This document shows positions 42,115 to 51,648 of a stretch of 64,000 nucleotides of DNA, piece after piece. Made by a program: the position numbers and the translations under genes. The stretch's first letter is position 1, and each line of letters starts with the position of its first letter. Source of the DNA: a virus. The notes below the pieces were generated by a model that did not search any database, was not told the DNA's origin, and saw only the letters and a list, made by a program, of their open reading frames with translations. The stretch is from the IMG/VR virus record IMGVR_UViG_3300025263_000044, one strand, 5' to 3'.

Positions 42115-42555
42115 TCAGTCGGCAGCAGCCGGCATAGTAACGAACTGTGCGTTGATACCTTCAAGGCCCGAGTTCTTAACGGCCTCTTCGCAGCGAATCG
42201 CCAGGTCTTTCAGGTCCATCAGGACGCTGCGGAGATGGCTATGCTGTGCGTTTTCATCAAACGCAGCCTTCAGCACATAGGTGACGGTACCGTTTTTCGG
42301 ACTGCGCTTCTTCTCGAGCACAGAAAAATGCTCCGAGTCTTCCATCGCGCGGGCAATCTTCAGGTCCGCAGGCTTTGCCATGTGTTCGAAGACCGACTTT
42401 TTATGGTCACCGGCAGGCAGGCTAAAAACGACCTGCAGTTCACGTGCTTCGCCAAACAGGCGGCTAATGAAGCGTTTGAAGCCGCGCTGGGTGAGGTTGA
42501 ACTTCAGGCGGTCGCATTCTACCGAAACTTCGTTGCAAGGGGTTTGATTCGACAT
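42115..42555 (-). CDS. Hypothetical protein
   Basis: AAAGGA RBS; GCTATAC at 42611. Confidence 0.75.
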   Translation of the reverse strand: MSNQTPCNEVSVECDRLKFNLTQRGFKRFISRLFGEARELQVVFSLPAGDHKKSVFEHMAKPADLKIARAMEDSEHFSVLEKKRSPKNGTVTYVLKAAFDENAQHSHLRSVLMDLKDLAIRCEEAVKNSGLEGINAQFVTMPAAAD

Positions 42556-42727
42556 GGTGTTTTCCTTTATCTGATGCCGACTTGAATGTCTGGCGGGTTG
42601 TCCTGCCTCCGTATAGCCAAAGTTGACTCAATGGTATTTACAGCCTGGCGACGCCCGGGTTACCACCCGGGCTGCACACCAACTTCTCGCTATACCTACT
42701 GAGTTCTTAACTATCGCGAGGAAAACT

Positions 42728-44929
42728 ATGGAAACGAAATTTGACCTATTGGCCGAACAGACGACAGCGAAAGCAGTTCCCATCATGTTCATGCCAAAAC
42801 CGAAGGAAGACTTTCAACCGGTTGTCCTGAATAGGGCGCCCGATGAAATCCTGGACATGCCGGAAAACACCCTGCAGGAGAAAACCCTGAAGGTTGTCGC
42901 CGTCTTGAAATGGACCATGGAGCGCTACGAAGTTTGCTTCAGCTACTCCGGCGGCAAGGACAGCAGTACCGTCCTGTCTATGGGACTGGCGGCAGCGGCG
43001 CAGCTGGCGGCCGAAGGTAAGACTGTAAAGCGCTTCCTGGTGCTGAACAGCGATACCCAGGTCGAAAACCCTGAAGTCGTGGGTGTGGTGCGTGCCGAGT
43101 TGGGCCGCATTCGCGCGTGGATTGATGCGCATGGCCTGCCAGGTCACGTATCGGTCACCGAGCCTTACATCCTGGCCCAGTGGGCGGTCGGCATCATCGG
43201 GGGTAAATCCCTTATTAGCACGCCACTCACCAACCGGAACTGTACTACCGACCTGAAGTCCACGCCATTGACCCGTGTTCGCACGCAGTTCTTCGGCCAC
43301 AACAAGGTCGCGCAAGGGAAGTTCACCGTGGGGGTTACCGGCGTTCGTTTCGACGAAAGTGCCGAACGTGCGGGCAACATGATGAAGCGCGCTGAATCAC
43401 CGATTCAGATTGTCCAAACCAATGCGGACCAGGATGTGTTTCTGGCACCGATTGCTAATTGGACAACTGATGACGTGATGGAGTACATCGGTCTGGCTGT
43501 CAATCGGGATGTTCTTCCGGAAGACGAGCGCCTGCCGGTTGACATCTACAGCGACTTCGTGGACGTTTGGCGCATCTACAAGGACGCAGAGGGCGAATGT
43601 ACGGTGGGGAAGGGCGACCAACCCTCAAAGGGTTGCGGCGCGCGTCACGGCTGCTATGTGTGCTCGATGGTCAGCAAGGATTCGTCCATGGACGCCTTCT
43701 TGATGCAAGACCAGTACAGCTACATGCAACCGCTCTCGCGCTTCCGTGAATACCTCAACGACACATTGTTCGACCTCTCCAAGCGTAACTGGATTGGCCG
43801 CACCATTAAGGATGGTCACGTCGCATACGGCCCTGATGCCTACTCCCCGGAGTATGTGCAGGACCTGCTGCGATATGCCCTGACGATTGACCGTGACGAG
43901 CAGCTGGAGGCCCGTAAATTGGGTATCAAGCCACGCTTCCAAATCGTGAGCCTGCGTGCCCTGGTTGCCATCGATGCGCTATGGTCGCTCAATGCCTTTA
44001 CGCTGCCATACGCGGCGCTGGCCATCTTCCACGATGTCTACGTTAAGCGCATGCGGTTTGATGTGCCGACGGTGGCTCGCGCTGAGAAGGTGGCAATGCC
44101 TGCAACCCGCTACATTCCGGTCGAAGACTGGGATGAGGGCGCTCGAGATGCCTACACGGGTCTCCGAGATGCTCTGCTGGAAGCGGCTGAAGGCCCCTGT
44201 GCTTCGGTGCGGGATGTCAAGGTGAAGGAGTCGCAACGGTTGGTCATGGTGACCTCGACGGACCAGATGTTTGAGGTTCACGAGGAGTCTGTGTCCTTGC
44301 TGATGTCGTATGAGCTGGAACGCCTGGTGGCTCGCTACCAGGAGCTGGCAAGTAATCGCTCGAGCGCGTTTAGTCTCGTGGGTGAAGCCTACAAGTACTA
44401 TGCCCAGCTCGGCGCCATTAGCCTGGCCAAGTCCAAAGTGGGTGAAGTCGACTCAACCTTGCGACGCTCGCGCTGGCGCGAACGAAACAAGCTGGCCGGC
44501 TACAACTACGATGGAGCAAATGCGTATGCGATGTCTTTGGCAAAGCCGCTGCCGGTCGAGGAACGGAAACGTCCCTACGAACCGACTGCAGCCGAAATCA
44601 AGGCAGAAGAGCGCAGTATGCTTCGTGAGAAGGTGCACGGCCGCCGAATCACCCTGGACCAGCTGTATCGGGACTGGGCGCCGGACGTAGCCTGGCATCG
44701 CCTGGGAAAGCAAGGCCTGAGCTTGCACAAGCTCTTGGCTCACTGTCTTCAAAAGGACAAGCGCCAGTACAACGCCGGCCGGCGCAAAGGATGGGCAATC
44801 CATCACTTTGTAAGGCAGGGCGAGCTGGTGCAGTTCATCAAGGGAAACCCGGAAGTCGCGCGCGCCGTGCAAGCACATCGCTCACTGGCCAACCGCCCGG
44901 GAAAGCAGATGGACTTGTTTGCGGCATAA
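42728..44929 (+). CDS. PAPS-reductase-family protein, DndC-like, with a long C-terminal extension
   Basis: PP-loop SYSGGKDSS, RNCTTDLK, GVRFDESAER, RHGCYVCSMV. Confidence 0.8.
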   Translation: METKFDLLAEQTTAKAVPIMFMPKPKEDFQPVVLNRAPDEILDMPENTLQEKTLKVVAVLKWTMERYEVCFSYSGGKDSSTVLSMGLAAAAQLAAEGKTVKRFLVLNSDTQVENPEVVGVVRAELGRIRAWIDAHGLPGHVSVTEPYILAQWAVGIIGGKSLISTPLTNRNCTTDLKSTPLTRVRTQFFGHNKVAQGKFTVGVTGVRFDESAERAGNMMKRAESPIQIVQTNADQDVFLAPIANWTTDDVMEYIGLAVNRDVLPEDERLPVDIYSDFVDVWRIYKDAEGECTVGKGDQPSKGCGARHGCYVCSMVSKDSSMDAFLMQDQYSYMQPLSRFREYLNDTLFDLSKRNWIGRTIKDGHVAYGPDAYSPEYVQDLLRYALTIDRDEQLEARKLGIKPRFQIVSLRALVAIDALWSLNAFTLPYAALAIFHDVYVKRMRFDVPTVARAEKVAMPATRYIPVEDWDEGARDAYTGLRDALLEAAEGPCASVRDVKVKESQRLVMVTSTDQMFEVHEESVSLLMSYELERLVARYQELASNRSSAFSLVGEAYKYYAQLGAISLAKSKVGEVDSTLRRSRWRERNKLAGYNYDGANAYAMSLAKPLPVEERKRPYEPTAAEIKAEERSMLREKVHGRRITLDQLYRDWAPDVAWHRLGKQGLSLHKLLAHCLQKDKRQYNAGRRKGWAIHHFVRQGELVQFIKGNPEVARAVQAHRSLANRPGKQMDLFAA

Positions 44930-44954
44930 TTTAGGCATTATTGAAAGGAATAGT

Positions 44955-45143
44955 ATGGCCGAACCAAAGCAATCGCTGGATTCCTTCGTCGCAGAAATCG
45001 ACGAAGACATCAAGAAATTCAAAGTAGCCTACCTGGAAAAACATCGTCAAAATCCGGAGCAGTATCCGCTGGAAATTGTCGAGAGCAACGCCGGGGTCTG
45101 GTTTGAGTTTTTCATTGACTTCTGCCAAACCGGTAACGTGTAA
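44955..45143 (+). CDS. Small hypothetical protein
   Basis: AAAGGA RBS. Confidence 0.65.
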   Translation: MAEPKQSLDSFVAEIDEDIKKFKVAYLEKHRQNPEQYPLEIVESNAGVWFEFFIDFCQTGNV

Positions 45144-45154
45144 AGGACCGAGTC

Positions 45155-45328
45155 ATGAAAATCATTCGAGTTCGCAGCCGTAAGGAAGGGCGGTATTTCG
45201 TCTTGCCAAGTGGCTTGCGCGAGAAAGTCGCCCTCTACATGCGAGGCTGGCGCCCAGCTGACCTCACCCATGTGCCTGTCGACTGGTGGGTCAACCCTAA
45301 GTTGCCTAAGACCTGGGGCCGCGCTTAA
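45155..45328 (+). CDS. Small basic hypothetical protein (57 aa, not in the ORF track)
   Basis: MKIIRVRSRKEG...WGRA; AAAGGA RBS; terminator follows. Confidence 0.55.
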   Translation: MKIIRVRSRKEGRYFVLPSGLREKVALYMRGWRPADLTHVPVDWWVNPKLPKTWGRA

Positions 45329-45342
45329 CTAGTTTTACCCTC

Positions 45343-45368
45343 AAACGCCATGCATGCATGGCGTTTTT
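45343..45368. terminator. Perfect 24-bp palindrome, probable terminator
   Basis: AAACGCCATGCATGCATGGCGTTT. Confidence 0.7.
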
Positions 45369-45479
45369 CATTGTGACCCCGGTGGCATGTCTATCGAGAT
45401 TCTGCCAGGCTCCTGGCGCATTTTTCAGCTTGTCCTCGTTCCTATACTCATTCAGGTAAACCACTTAGAGGACATCAAA

Positions 45480-45854
45480 ATGCATACTACCATCACCTAT
45501 TCGTACCGTGACGAATCAGGCTTTGCCGAGTACGAGACCATTGTTCTGGTCGGCCAACTCAGTGAAAGCGACAAAAGCCTCATTCAATCGAAGTTGAACG
45601 AAGAGGAGAAGTTCATTCCTGGGAACCTTTCTAAGGTTCGCATCCCTGAACTGCAGCGCCGCATGGAGAGCTTTCCCTCGGACGCTGACCATGTCTGGCA
45701 CAAGCTCCATATGGACGAAATCGCCGAGGTATCCGTAGCTCCGGAAGGCCAACCGGCTTTCCCAGTGAAAGATTTCGTGGACAGTTTTGCAGCAGTGCCA
45801 GGTCCTGAAGACTGGGACATCGTTGCGGCAGCACGCCGCCTTGGTCTGTACTAA
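45480..45854 (+). CDS. Hypothetical protein
   Basis: GAGGA RBS; CCTATAC 33 nt upstream. Confidence 0.75.
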   Translation: MHTTITYSYRDESGFAEYETIVLVGQLSESDKSLIQSKLNEEEKFIPGNLSKVRIPELQRRMESFPSDADHVWHKLHMDEIAEVSVAPEGQPAFPVKDFVDSFAAVPGPEDWDIVAAARRLGLY

Positions 45855-46056
45855 CCTCTCAAGCCCCTTTACTGGGGCTTTTTCATTCCCAATTCGCCTC
45901 CGGCGGCCGCTACCAGGTGGAATGCAAGTCAGCAGGTGTCTGAGAGCGTGGCATTTCAGCCTGCGCGAGCCAAAAGCGATATTTTTCGCTACATGCGCTT
46001 GACACATCACTATACTTAATCGTAAAATGCGATAAACAACTTAACGAAAGAACCTC

Positions 46057-46917
46057 ATGTCCCACATCTCGCTGTCTTCCTTCTCCATCGCGGGCGCTGC
46101 CGGTGCACAGAAACTGGCACATTACACGAGCATCGAATTCTTCGGATTCCCTGGTGGTGAGCGTCACGTTCGCCTCTCCGAGGAGCTTATTCACGCACTG
46201 AAGCAGCATGGCCGAGACTGGGCCATCAATGCCAACGTGTACACCCCATATGAAATCATGGACCTGCTGCTGGTGACCGACGCCGTTCGCCGTCTTCTGC
46301 CGGCCGGCAACCTGCTGCGCCTGGTGCTGCCATACGTCCCGTACGCGCGCCAAGACCGCGTCGCGCTGGAAGGCGAGCCTCTTTCCATTAAAGTTTTCGC
46401 CAACCTGGTCAACTCCCTGGCGTTCGATGAAGTGGAAATCTGGGACCCGCACAGCGATGTGACCCCGGCTTTGCTCAATAATGTCCGTGTTCGTCCTACA
46501 GAAGAGCTGATGCGCGCGACCTTCGACAAGGCTGGTGCAACCTCGCTGCTGCGCGAATGCGCGTTCGTTGCTCCCGATGCCGGCGCTCGCAAGCGCGTAG
46601 GCAACTTGGCCAAGGTGTTCAATACCGAACCGGTTTTCGCTGACAAGGCTCGCGACCCGGTGACCGGCAAGCTGTCCGGCGCCAAGGTGCCAGATGACCT
46701 GCCTGCACGCCCAATGCTTGTCGTCGACGATATCTGCGACGGCGGCGGCACCTTTATCGAGCTGGCCCGTGTCTTGCGTGAAAAGACCGACCAGCCGCTG
46801 TACCTGTACGTAACCCACGGCCTGTTCACCAAAGGCCTGGAGCCGCTGCGGGCTTGCTACGACCGCGTGTTCACGGCCAACTGCCGCGACCTCGACCTGG
46901 CGGAGCGACTGGCGTAA
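46057..46917 (+). CDS. Ribose-phosphate pyrophosphokinase-like protein (candidate NARP1 Adps)
   Basis: FPGGERHV, PYVPYARQDR, DPHS, APDAGA, VVDDICDGGGTF, VTHGLF. Confidence 0.9.
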   Translation: MSHISLSSFSIAGAAGAQKLAHYTSIEFFGFPGGERHVRLSEELIHALKQHGRDWAINANVYTPYEIMDLLLVTDAVRRLLPAGNLLRLVLPYVPYARQDRVALEGEPLSIKVFANLVNSLAFDEVEIWDPHSDVTPALLNNVRVRPTEELMRATFDKAGATSLLRECAFVAPDAGARKRVGNLAKVFNTEPVFADKARDPVTGKLSGAKVPDDLPARPMLVVDDICDGGGTFIELARVLREKTDQPLYLYVTHGLFTKGLEPLRACYDRVFTANCRDLDLAERLA

Positions 46918-46934
46918 CCGTCCCACAAAAATAT

Positions 46935-46962
46935 TTGCCACAAACATTATTTGTGGTATACT
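46935..46962 (+). promoter_or_regulatory. Sigma70 promoter overlapped by an inverted repeat
   Basis: TTGCCA-16 nt-TATACT; CCACAAA-N5-TTTGTGG at 46938-46956. Confidence 0.6.
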
Positions 46963-47005
46963 TATGCGTAAATCGCAACTAACATCCTAACTGAAGGAAT
47001 TTACC

Positions 47006-48772
47006 ATGAATGCTCCAGTCGTCCGCGCCCCACTGAATGGCACCATCCCAATGAACCTGGCTGACTTCTACAAGACCGGCCACCCGGGCATGTACCCAAG
47101 CGAGACCACTTCGCTGGTCGCTAACTTCACTCCACGTTCGGACAAGTATTCTCCAGTGCGGGATTCGGCGCTGAATGACCACAAGGTAGTGTGGTTCGGC
47201 ATTACCGGCTTCATCAAGGAATTCCTCATCAACACCTTCAACGCCGAGTTCTTCAAGGCGCCGAAAGCGCAAGCGGTGCGCAAGTACAAGCGCCGCGTCG
47301 ATACCGCGCTGGGCTACAACAAGGTATCGATGAGCCAGCTGGAACGCTTGCACGACCTGGGCTACCTGCCGCTGGAAATTCGCTCGCTGCCGGAAGGCTC
47401 CCGTGTGAACATCAAAGTTCCGCCGGTCGTGTTCATCAGCACCGACGACGCCTTCCCATGGGTTTCCACCTACTTCGAAACCCTGTTCAGCTGCGAAAAC
47501 TGGAAGCCATCGACCGTGGCAACCATCGCCTTCGAATTCCGTAAAGTGCTGACCTACTTCGCTAAGATGACCGGTTCGCCGCTGGACTTCGTGGGCTGGC
47601 AGGGCCATGACTTCTCGATGCGCGGCATGAGCGGCGTGCACGACGCTGCCCGCTGCGGCGCCGGCCACCAACTGAGCTTCTTCGGCACCGATACCATCCC
47701 GGCCATCGACTACCTGGAAGACTACTACAACGCCAACAGCGAAACTGAACTGGTCGGCGGCTCCGTGCCGGCAACCGAGCACAGTGTGATGACCCTGCGC
47801 ATCCTGCTGGTGGTGAAGCGCCTGGAAAAGAAACTGAAGGACGCAGCAAAAGACACCAAGGCCCTGCGCAAGCAAGCTGAAGAAGAAGTCATCCGCGAAC
47901 TGATTACCGAGCTGTTCCCATCGGGCATCATCTCCATCGTGGCCGACTCGTTCGACTTCTGGAACGTCATCACCGTTATCGCTCCGGCCCTGAAGAAGCT
48001 CATCCTGGCCCGCACCCCGGACGAGCTGGGCAACGCCAAGGTGGTCTTCCGTCCGGACAGCGGCGACCCAGTCAAGATTCTGACCGGCTACATCGTCAAG
48101 GACGTGCCTTCCCTGTCGTCTGGCGCCCTGTTCGAAGCCTCGCTGAATGGCGCCGAAGCGGTTCGCTTCGAAGGCCGCTACTACGAAATCGTAGCCGAAG
48201 CAGGCAACGTTTTCTCGGCCAAAGAAATCGCCGAGCACGAAGCAAAAGGCGCTGTCGAATGCCTGTACGACACCTTCGGCGGCACCATTACCGACAAGGG
48301 CTACAAACTGCTGGATTCGCACGTCGGCCTCATCTACGGCGACTCCATCACCCTGAAGCGCGCCATCGAAATCATGTCCCGCCTGGCTGCCAAGAAGTTT
48401 GCGTCTGGTAACGTGGTATTGGGCATCGGTAGCTACACCTACCAGTACCTGACCCGCGACGCGTTCGGCTGGGCGATGAAAGCCATCTACGCAGAAGTCG
48501 GCGAAGACACCGTCGAAATCTACAAAGACCCGGCGACTGACGACGGCACCAAGAAGTCGGCTAAAGGCCTGCTGCGCGTCGAGAAGGAAGGCAACGACTT
48601 CGTGCTGTACGAGCAACAGACCCGCGAAGAGTTCGACCGCGGCGCCCTGGTGCCAATCTACCGCAACAGCGTGCTGCTGGTAGACCCTGCACTGGCTGAA
48701 ATCCGCGAACGCCTGTGGTCGTCGTGGGAATGCCCGGAACCTGGCACTGTCGACTTCGGCATTGCTGCCTAA
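47006..48772 (+). CDS. Nicotinamide phosphoribosyltransferase-like protein (candidate NARP1 Namat)
   Basis: ADFYKTGH, HDFSMRG, GTDTIPA, VPATEHSVM, SIVADSFD, RPDSGDP, IYGDSIT, KKSAKG. Confidence 0.92.
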   Translation: MNAPVVRAPLNGTIPMNLADFYKTGHPGMYPSETTSLVANFTPRSDKYSPVRDSALNDHKVVWFGITGFIKEFLINTFNAEFFKAPKAQAVRKYKRRVDTALGYNKVSMSQLERLHDLGYLPLEIRSLPEGSRVNIKVPPVVFISTDDAFPWVSTYFETLFSCENWKPSTVATIAFEFRKVLTYFAKMTGSPLDFVGWQGHDFSMRGMSGVHDAARCGAGHQLSFFGTDTIPAIDYLEDYYNANSETELVGGSVPATEHSVMTLRILLVVKRLEKKLKDAAKDTKALRKQAEEEVIRELITELFPSGIISIVADSFDFWNVITVIAPALKKLILARTPDELGNAKVVFRPDSGDPVKILTGYIVKDVPSLSSGALFEASLNGAEAVRFEGRYYEIVAEAGNVFSAKEIAEHEAKGAVECLYDTFGGTITDKGYKLLDSHVGLIYGDSITLKRAIEIMSRLAAKKFASGNVVLGIGSYTYQYLTRDAFGWAMKAIYAEVGEDTVEIYKDPATDDGTKKSAKGLLRVEKEGNDFVLYEQQTREEFDRGALVPIYRNSVLLVDPALAEIRERLWSSWECPEPGTVDFGIAA

Positions 48773-48789
48773 CCAGCGCCAGCAAGGAG

Positions 48790-48815
48790 AAGCCCCGCCT
48801 AGTGCGGGGCTTTTT
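48790..48815 (+). terminator. Rho-independent terminator
   Basis: AAGCCCCGC-CTAGT-GCGGGGCTT followed by TTT. Confidence 0.85.
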
Positions 48816-48904
48816 ATATGGGTCGCTGCCGGGAACGCACACTGAGCTATACCTTTTCGTGACTAACTATGCGCGAGCAATGCCCGTGCGACCGAAAAGG
48901 AAAT

Positions 48905-49879
48905 ATGATGAAGAAGAATGCAACCCCGACCGTCCAGTGCTTCGATTTCGAACAGGCGAAGGCAGAGTTTTTGAAACAGGTGAAAGCCAACCCTTGCCCT
49001 GGCCAACGCAATCACGAAGAGCAAAACGCTGCCGGCCGGACCCACATTCAAAGCTGGGAAGTTCCGTCCACTCAGGCGATAATTCATGCCGTGAAGGTTC
49101 TGGGCACAATGGGGCGCGGCAAGCGTAAGCTTATCCTCATCGACGGCTACCATCGCCTTGCGCATTGGTTTGGTCTGAATGAGTGCCCCTTCGACAAGTT
49201 GGTGATTGTCATTCACCCAATCGAAGCTAACAGCCCTGACGAGTTGACAGAACGCCTGGATGCTCTGGCGCGCACTATCGATAGCAAGAGCGCAGTTAAG
49301 GCAAACAAAGACCGGTGGTGTGCAGCTGTGCGCGACGCAGGTTTTGAAGATGCCAAGTCTCAAGCCTACAAGCTGGGATTCCGTGCAAACAGCTACTTTA
49401 AGCGTGTCTTGAAGTCTCCAGCAGATTCGATGCTGAAGCTGACGGCTCGTGCGAAAGAAGATTTGCCAGTGCACGTTCGGATGGACCGGCTGTTTGCGGT
49501 CAGCGAGACGCAAATGAGCCGTTCGGATGCAACTGAATTCTTCCATGCCGGCGTACAGACTGCGATGTTTGCAGGGTTCCGTATGCTGCCAGAAGAGAAG
49601 CATGAGGCCGCAGCGACCCAGCTGGAGCTGATGTTGGTGAAACTGGGCCAACCAAGCACTAGTGCAATCTACCGCATGACGAAGTTGACGCCTGAAGTTG
49701 AGGCAATCTTCAATAGGTTGTCCGACCTGGCCACCCAGAAGGAGAAGACCGCTCTGCGTGCCATCGGTAATCGCGAAGACTACTACAATGCAGTCATCGA
49801 GGAGCTGAAGCCGTTGGTTGAGGCTTTCTGCGCCAGCCTGGCTCAAGTAGGAAAGAAACGTAGCCGCAAAGCTGCATAA
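48905..49879 (+). CDS. Hypothetical protein with a possible ParB/Srx-like N-terminal domain
   Basis: LILIDGYHRL. Confidence 0.5.
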   Translation: MMKKNATPTVQCFDFEQAKAEFLKQVKANPCPGQRNHEEQNAAGRTHIQSWEVPSTQAIIHAVKVLGTMGRGKRKLILIDGYHRLAHWFGLNECPFDKLVIVIHPIEANSPDELTERLDALARTIDSKSAVKANKDRWCAAVRDAGFEDAKSQAYKLGFRANSYFKRVLKSPADSMLKLTARAKEDLPVHVRMDRLFAVSETQMSRSDATEFFHAGVQTAMFAGFRMLPEEKHEAAATQLELMLVKLGQPSTSAIYRMTKLTPEVEAIFNRLSDLATQKEKTALRAIGNREDYYNAVIEELKPLVEAFCASLAQVGKKRSRKAA

Positions 49880-49915
49880 TGCATCACTCAAACGGGACCG
49901 CTTGGTCCCGTTTTT

Positions 49916-50506
49916 CTATAGCGTAAGGCCTTCCAGTACTGTAGTGCAGGGCTTCAGTGCGGGACAGGCGCGCAAGAGTTTGGCCGGTTCAATAACCATA
50001 CCGTAAAGATGAACATCCAGGTTATCCTCAGGCAGGGCAGGGTAGGCCAATATACCGATGCCTCGCAAAGCGTCTCGGATGTCCCCGTTGCGTTGAACTT
50101 CCTTGCAGTCCAGTTTCAGGTTGAAACTGTTATTCAGGTACGCGAGCAGTTCAGCAACATTGAACTTTTCAGCGCCAGGTTTTAACTTTGAGACGACGTC
50201 CCGCGCTTGTCGCGCTAGCTCTTCGGGACTGGTGCCGGCCGCGCGAATCGCCTCACGGAGGGGAAGCGTGAAATTTTCTCGACCAGCACCAGTAACTGCG
50301 GTGCCGCCGACAAGCCTTAAATGCGCCAAAACTCTCTTCTCCTCTGCCCTTGCATCCGCTGCCCAGTAAGCGTGCTGAACTTTAAATTGCGGCACCAAGG
50401 TGCGATATTGCCGTTCCTTGCGAGGTACAGTCAAGTCCTCCTTAAAGCGCCCCGCCTTGATAAGGCCGGGAAAAGTTGTGGCAAAATAGACGAATCCTGG
50501 TTTCAT
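49916..50506 (-). CDS. GIY-YIG/T5orf172-like domain protein
   Basis: GFVYF...GLIKAGR...AEEKRVLAHL...RENF. Confidence 0.55.
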   Translation of the reverse strand: MKPGFVYFATTFPGLIKAGRFKEDLTVPRKERQYRTLVPQFKVQHAYWAADARAEEKRVLAHLRLVGGTAVTGAGRENFTLPLREAIRAAGTSPEELARQARDVVSKLKPGAEKFNVAELLAYLNNSFNLKLDCKEVQRNGDIRDALRGIGILAYPALPEDNLDVHLYGMVIEPAKLLRACPALKPCTTVLEGLTL

Positions 50507-50701
50507 GGAGTTTGTTTGGTTGGCATATTGCGCTTTACATAGTATACCAAATTTCCAATTGAGGCAACTTGGCTCAATGCCATCCTGGCTCAGTAGACCT
50601 TTTACCCAAATTAACCAGGCGTCTATCAGAAAGAAAAATCTTATTTGCATTTTGCGAGTATTTTTGTTATACTGTGAACCATCTAAGCAAAAGAGGTTCC
50701 C

Positions 50702-51379
50702 ATGGAATTTGAAAAACCAATCCTGACCGTCGACATCGTCGTGCTGACGATGATTGCTGGTCGCATCCACGTCGCGCTTGCGCCTCGTGATAAAGAACCT
50801 GAGAAAGATAAGCCGGCGCTGTTCGGTTCGTATGTGCACACGAATGAAGATAACGACGGCCTGGCCGCCGCATTCCGCACGCTGCGCACCAAACTGGATT
50901 TCACGCCACGTTACATCGAGCAAGTCTTTACTGCGGCCAGCGCAAAACGCGACCCGCGCGGCTGGTCGGCTAGTATCGTGTACATGGCGGTACATGACCA
51001 TGATTCGCTGGGCCCATTGATGGAAGAGCGTGGCCTGACGCTTTACGATGCTGAAGATGGCGGCGTGCATCTGCCTGAAAACATTGCCTTCGACCATCGT
51101 GAACTGGTCATCAAAGCAGTCGAGCGCCTGCGCTCCAAGGCTGGCTACTCGACCATCGTTGGCTACTTTTTGCCAGAAGCCTTCACCCTGGCGACGTTGC
51201 AAAGTATTTACGAAGTCGTCCTGGGCCGCGACTTGAATGCGCCGAACTTCCGCCGCAAGATTCTGGATACCCGGGATGTGCTGACCCCGACTGGTGAAAT
51301 GCTGCATGGCAGGGGCCGACCATCTCAAGGTTACCGCCTGACCCGCTATATCGACTACTTCGACCGCGAGCTCACCTAA
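50702..51379 (+). CDS. NrtR-like protein (Nudix domain plus C-terminal winged helix)
   Basis: LTVDIVVL, RDPRGWSASIVY, AFDHRELV, FTLATLQSIYEVVLG, NFRRKI, GRGRPS; Nudix box degenerate; promoter TTGCAT-17 nt-TATACT at 50645-50673. Confidence 0.85.
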   Translation: MEFEKPILTVDIVVLTMIAGRIHVALAPRDKEPEKDKPALFGSYVHTNEDNDGLAAAFRTLRTKLDFTPRYIEQVFTAASAKRDPRGWSASIVYMAVHDHDSLGPLMEERGLTLYDAEDGGVHLPENIAFDHRELVIKAVERLRSKAGYSTIVGYFLPEAFTLATLQSIYEVVLGRDLNAPNFRRKILDTRDVLTPTGEMLHGRGRPSQGYRLTRYIDYFDRELT

Positions 51380-51381
51380 TC

Positions 51382-51627
51382 ATGCTCAAAACCGCAAAAG
51401 TTGCAGTTCCCGCGTCCGTGGACCAGCCGTTGTCCAACGACTTTGCTGCAGTACTCATCACCATCCACCAGGAGCCCAAATACCGGTTCCTTCAAAACGA
51501 ATATCGCCTGGCCGAACGCATGGTCGTGGCGGGGCTGCTTAAGCCACTGGAAAACCGGCAGTACGCAATCACGCCGTATGGCGAGGAGTGCTACAAGAAG
51601 GACAAGCTGTTGGCCAAGGCCGAATAA
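51382..51627 (+). CDS. Hypothetical protein
   Basis: Operon spacing. Confidence 0.65.
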   Translation: MLKTAKVAVPASVDQPLSNDFAAVLITIHQEPKYRFLQNEYRLAERMVVAGLLKPLENRQYAITPYGEECYKKDKLLAKAE

Positions 51628-51648
51628 CGAATCGCTGGAGATTGAAGA

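Noticed and set aside
42728-44929. Sulfate-assimilation CysH or a complete Dnd phosphorothioation system
   Set aside because: It is far longer than CysH, and no cys or other dnd genes are in the window
49916-51328. 470-aa ORF in the track
   Set aside because: Its 5' part is antisense to the NrtR-like gene; only 49916-50506 looks coding
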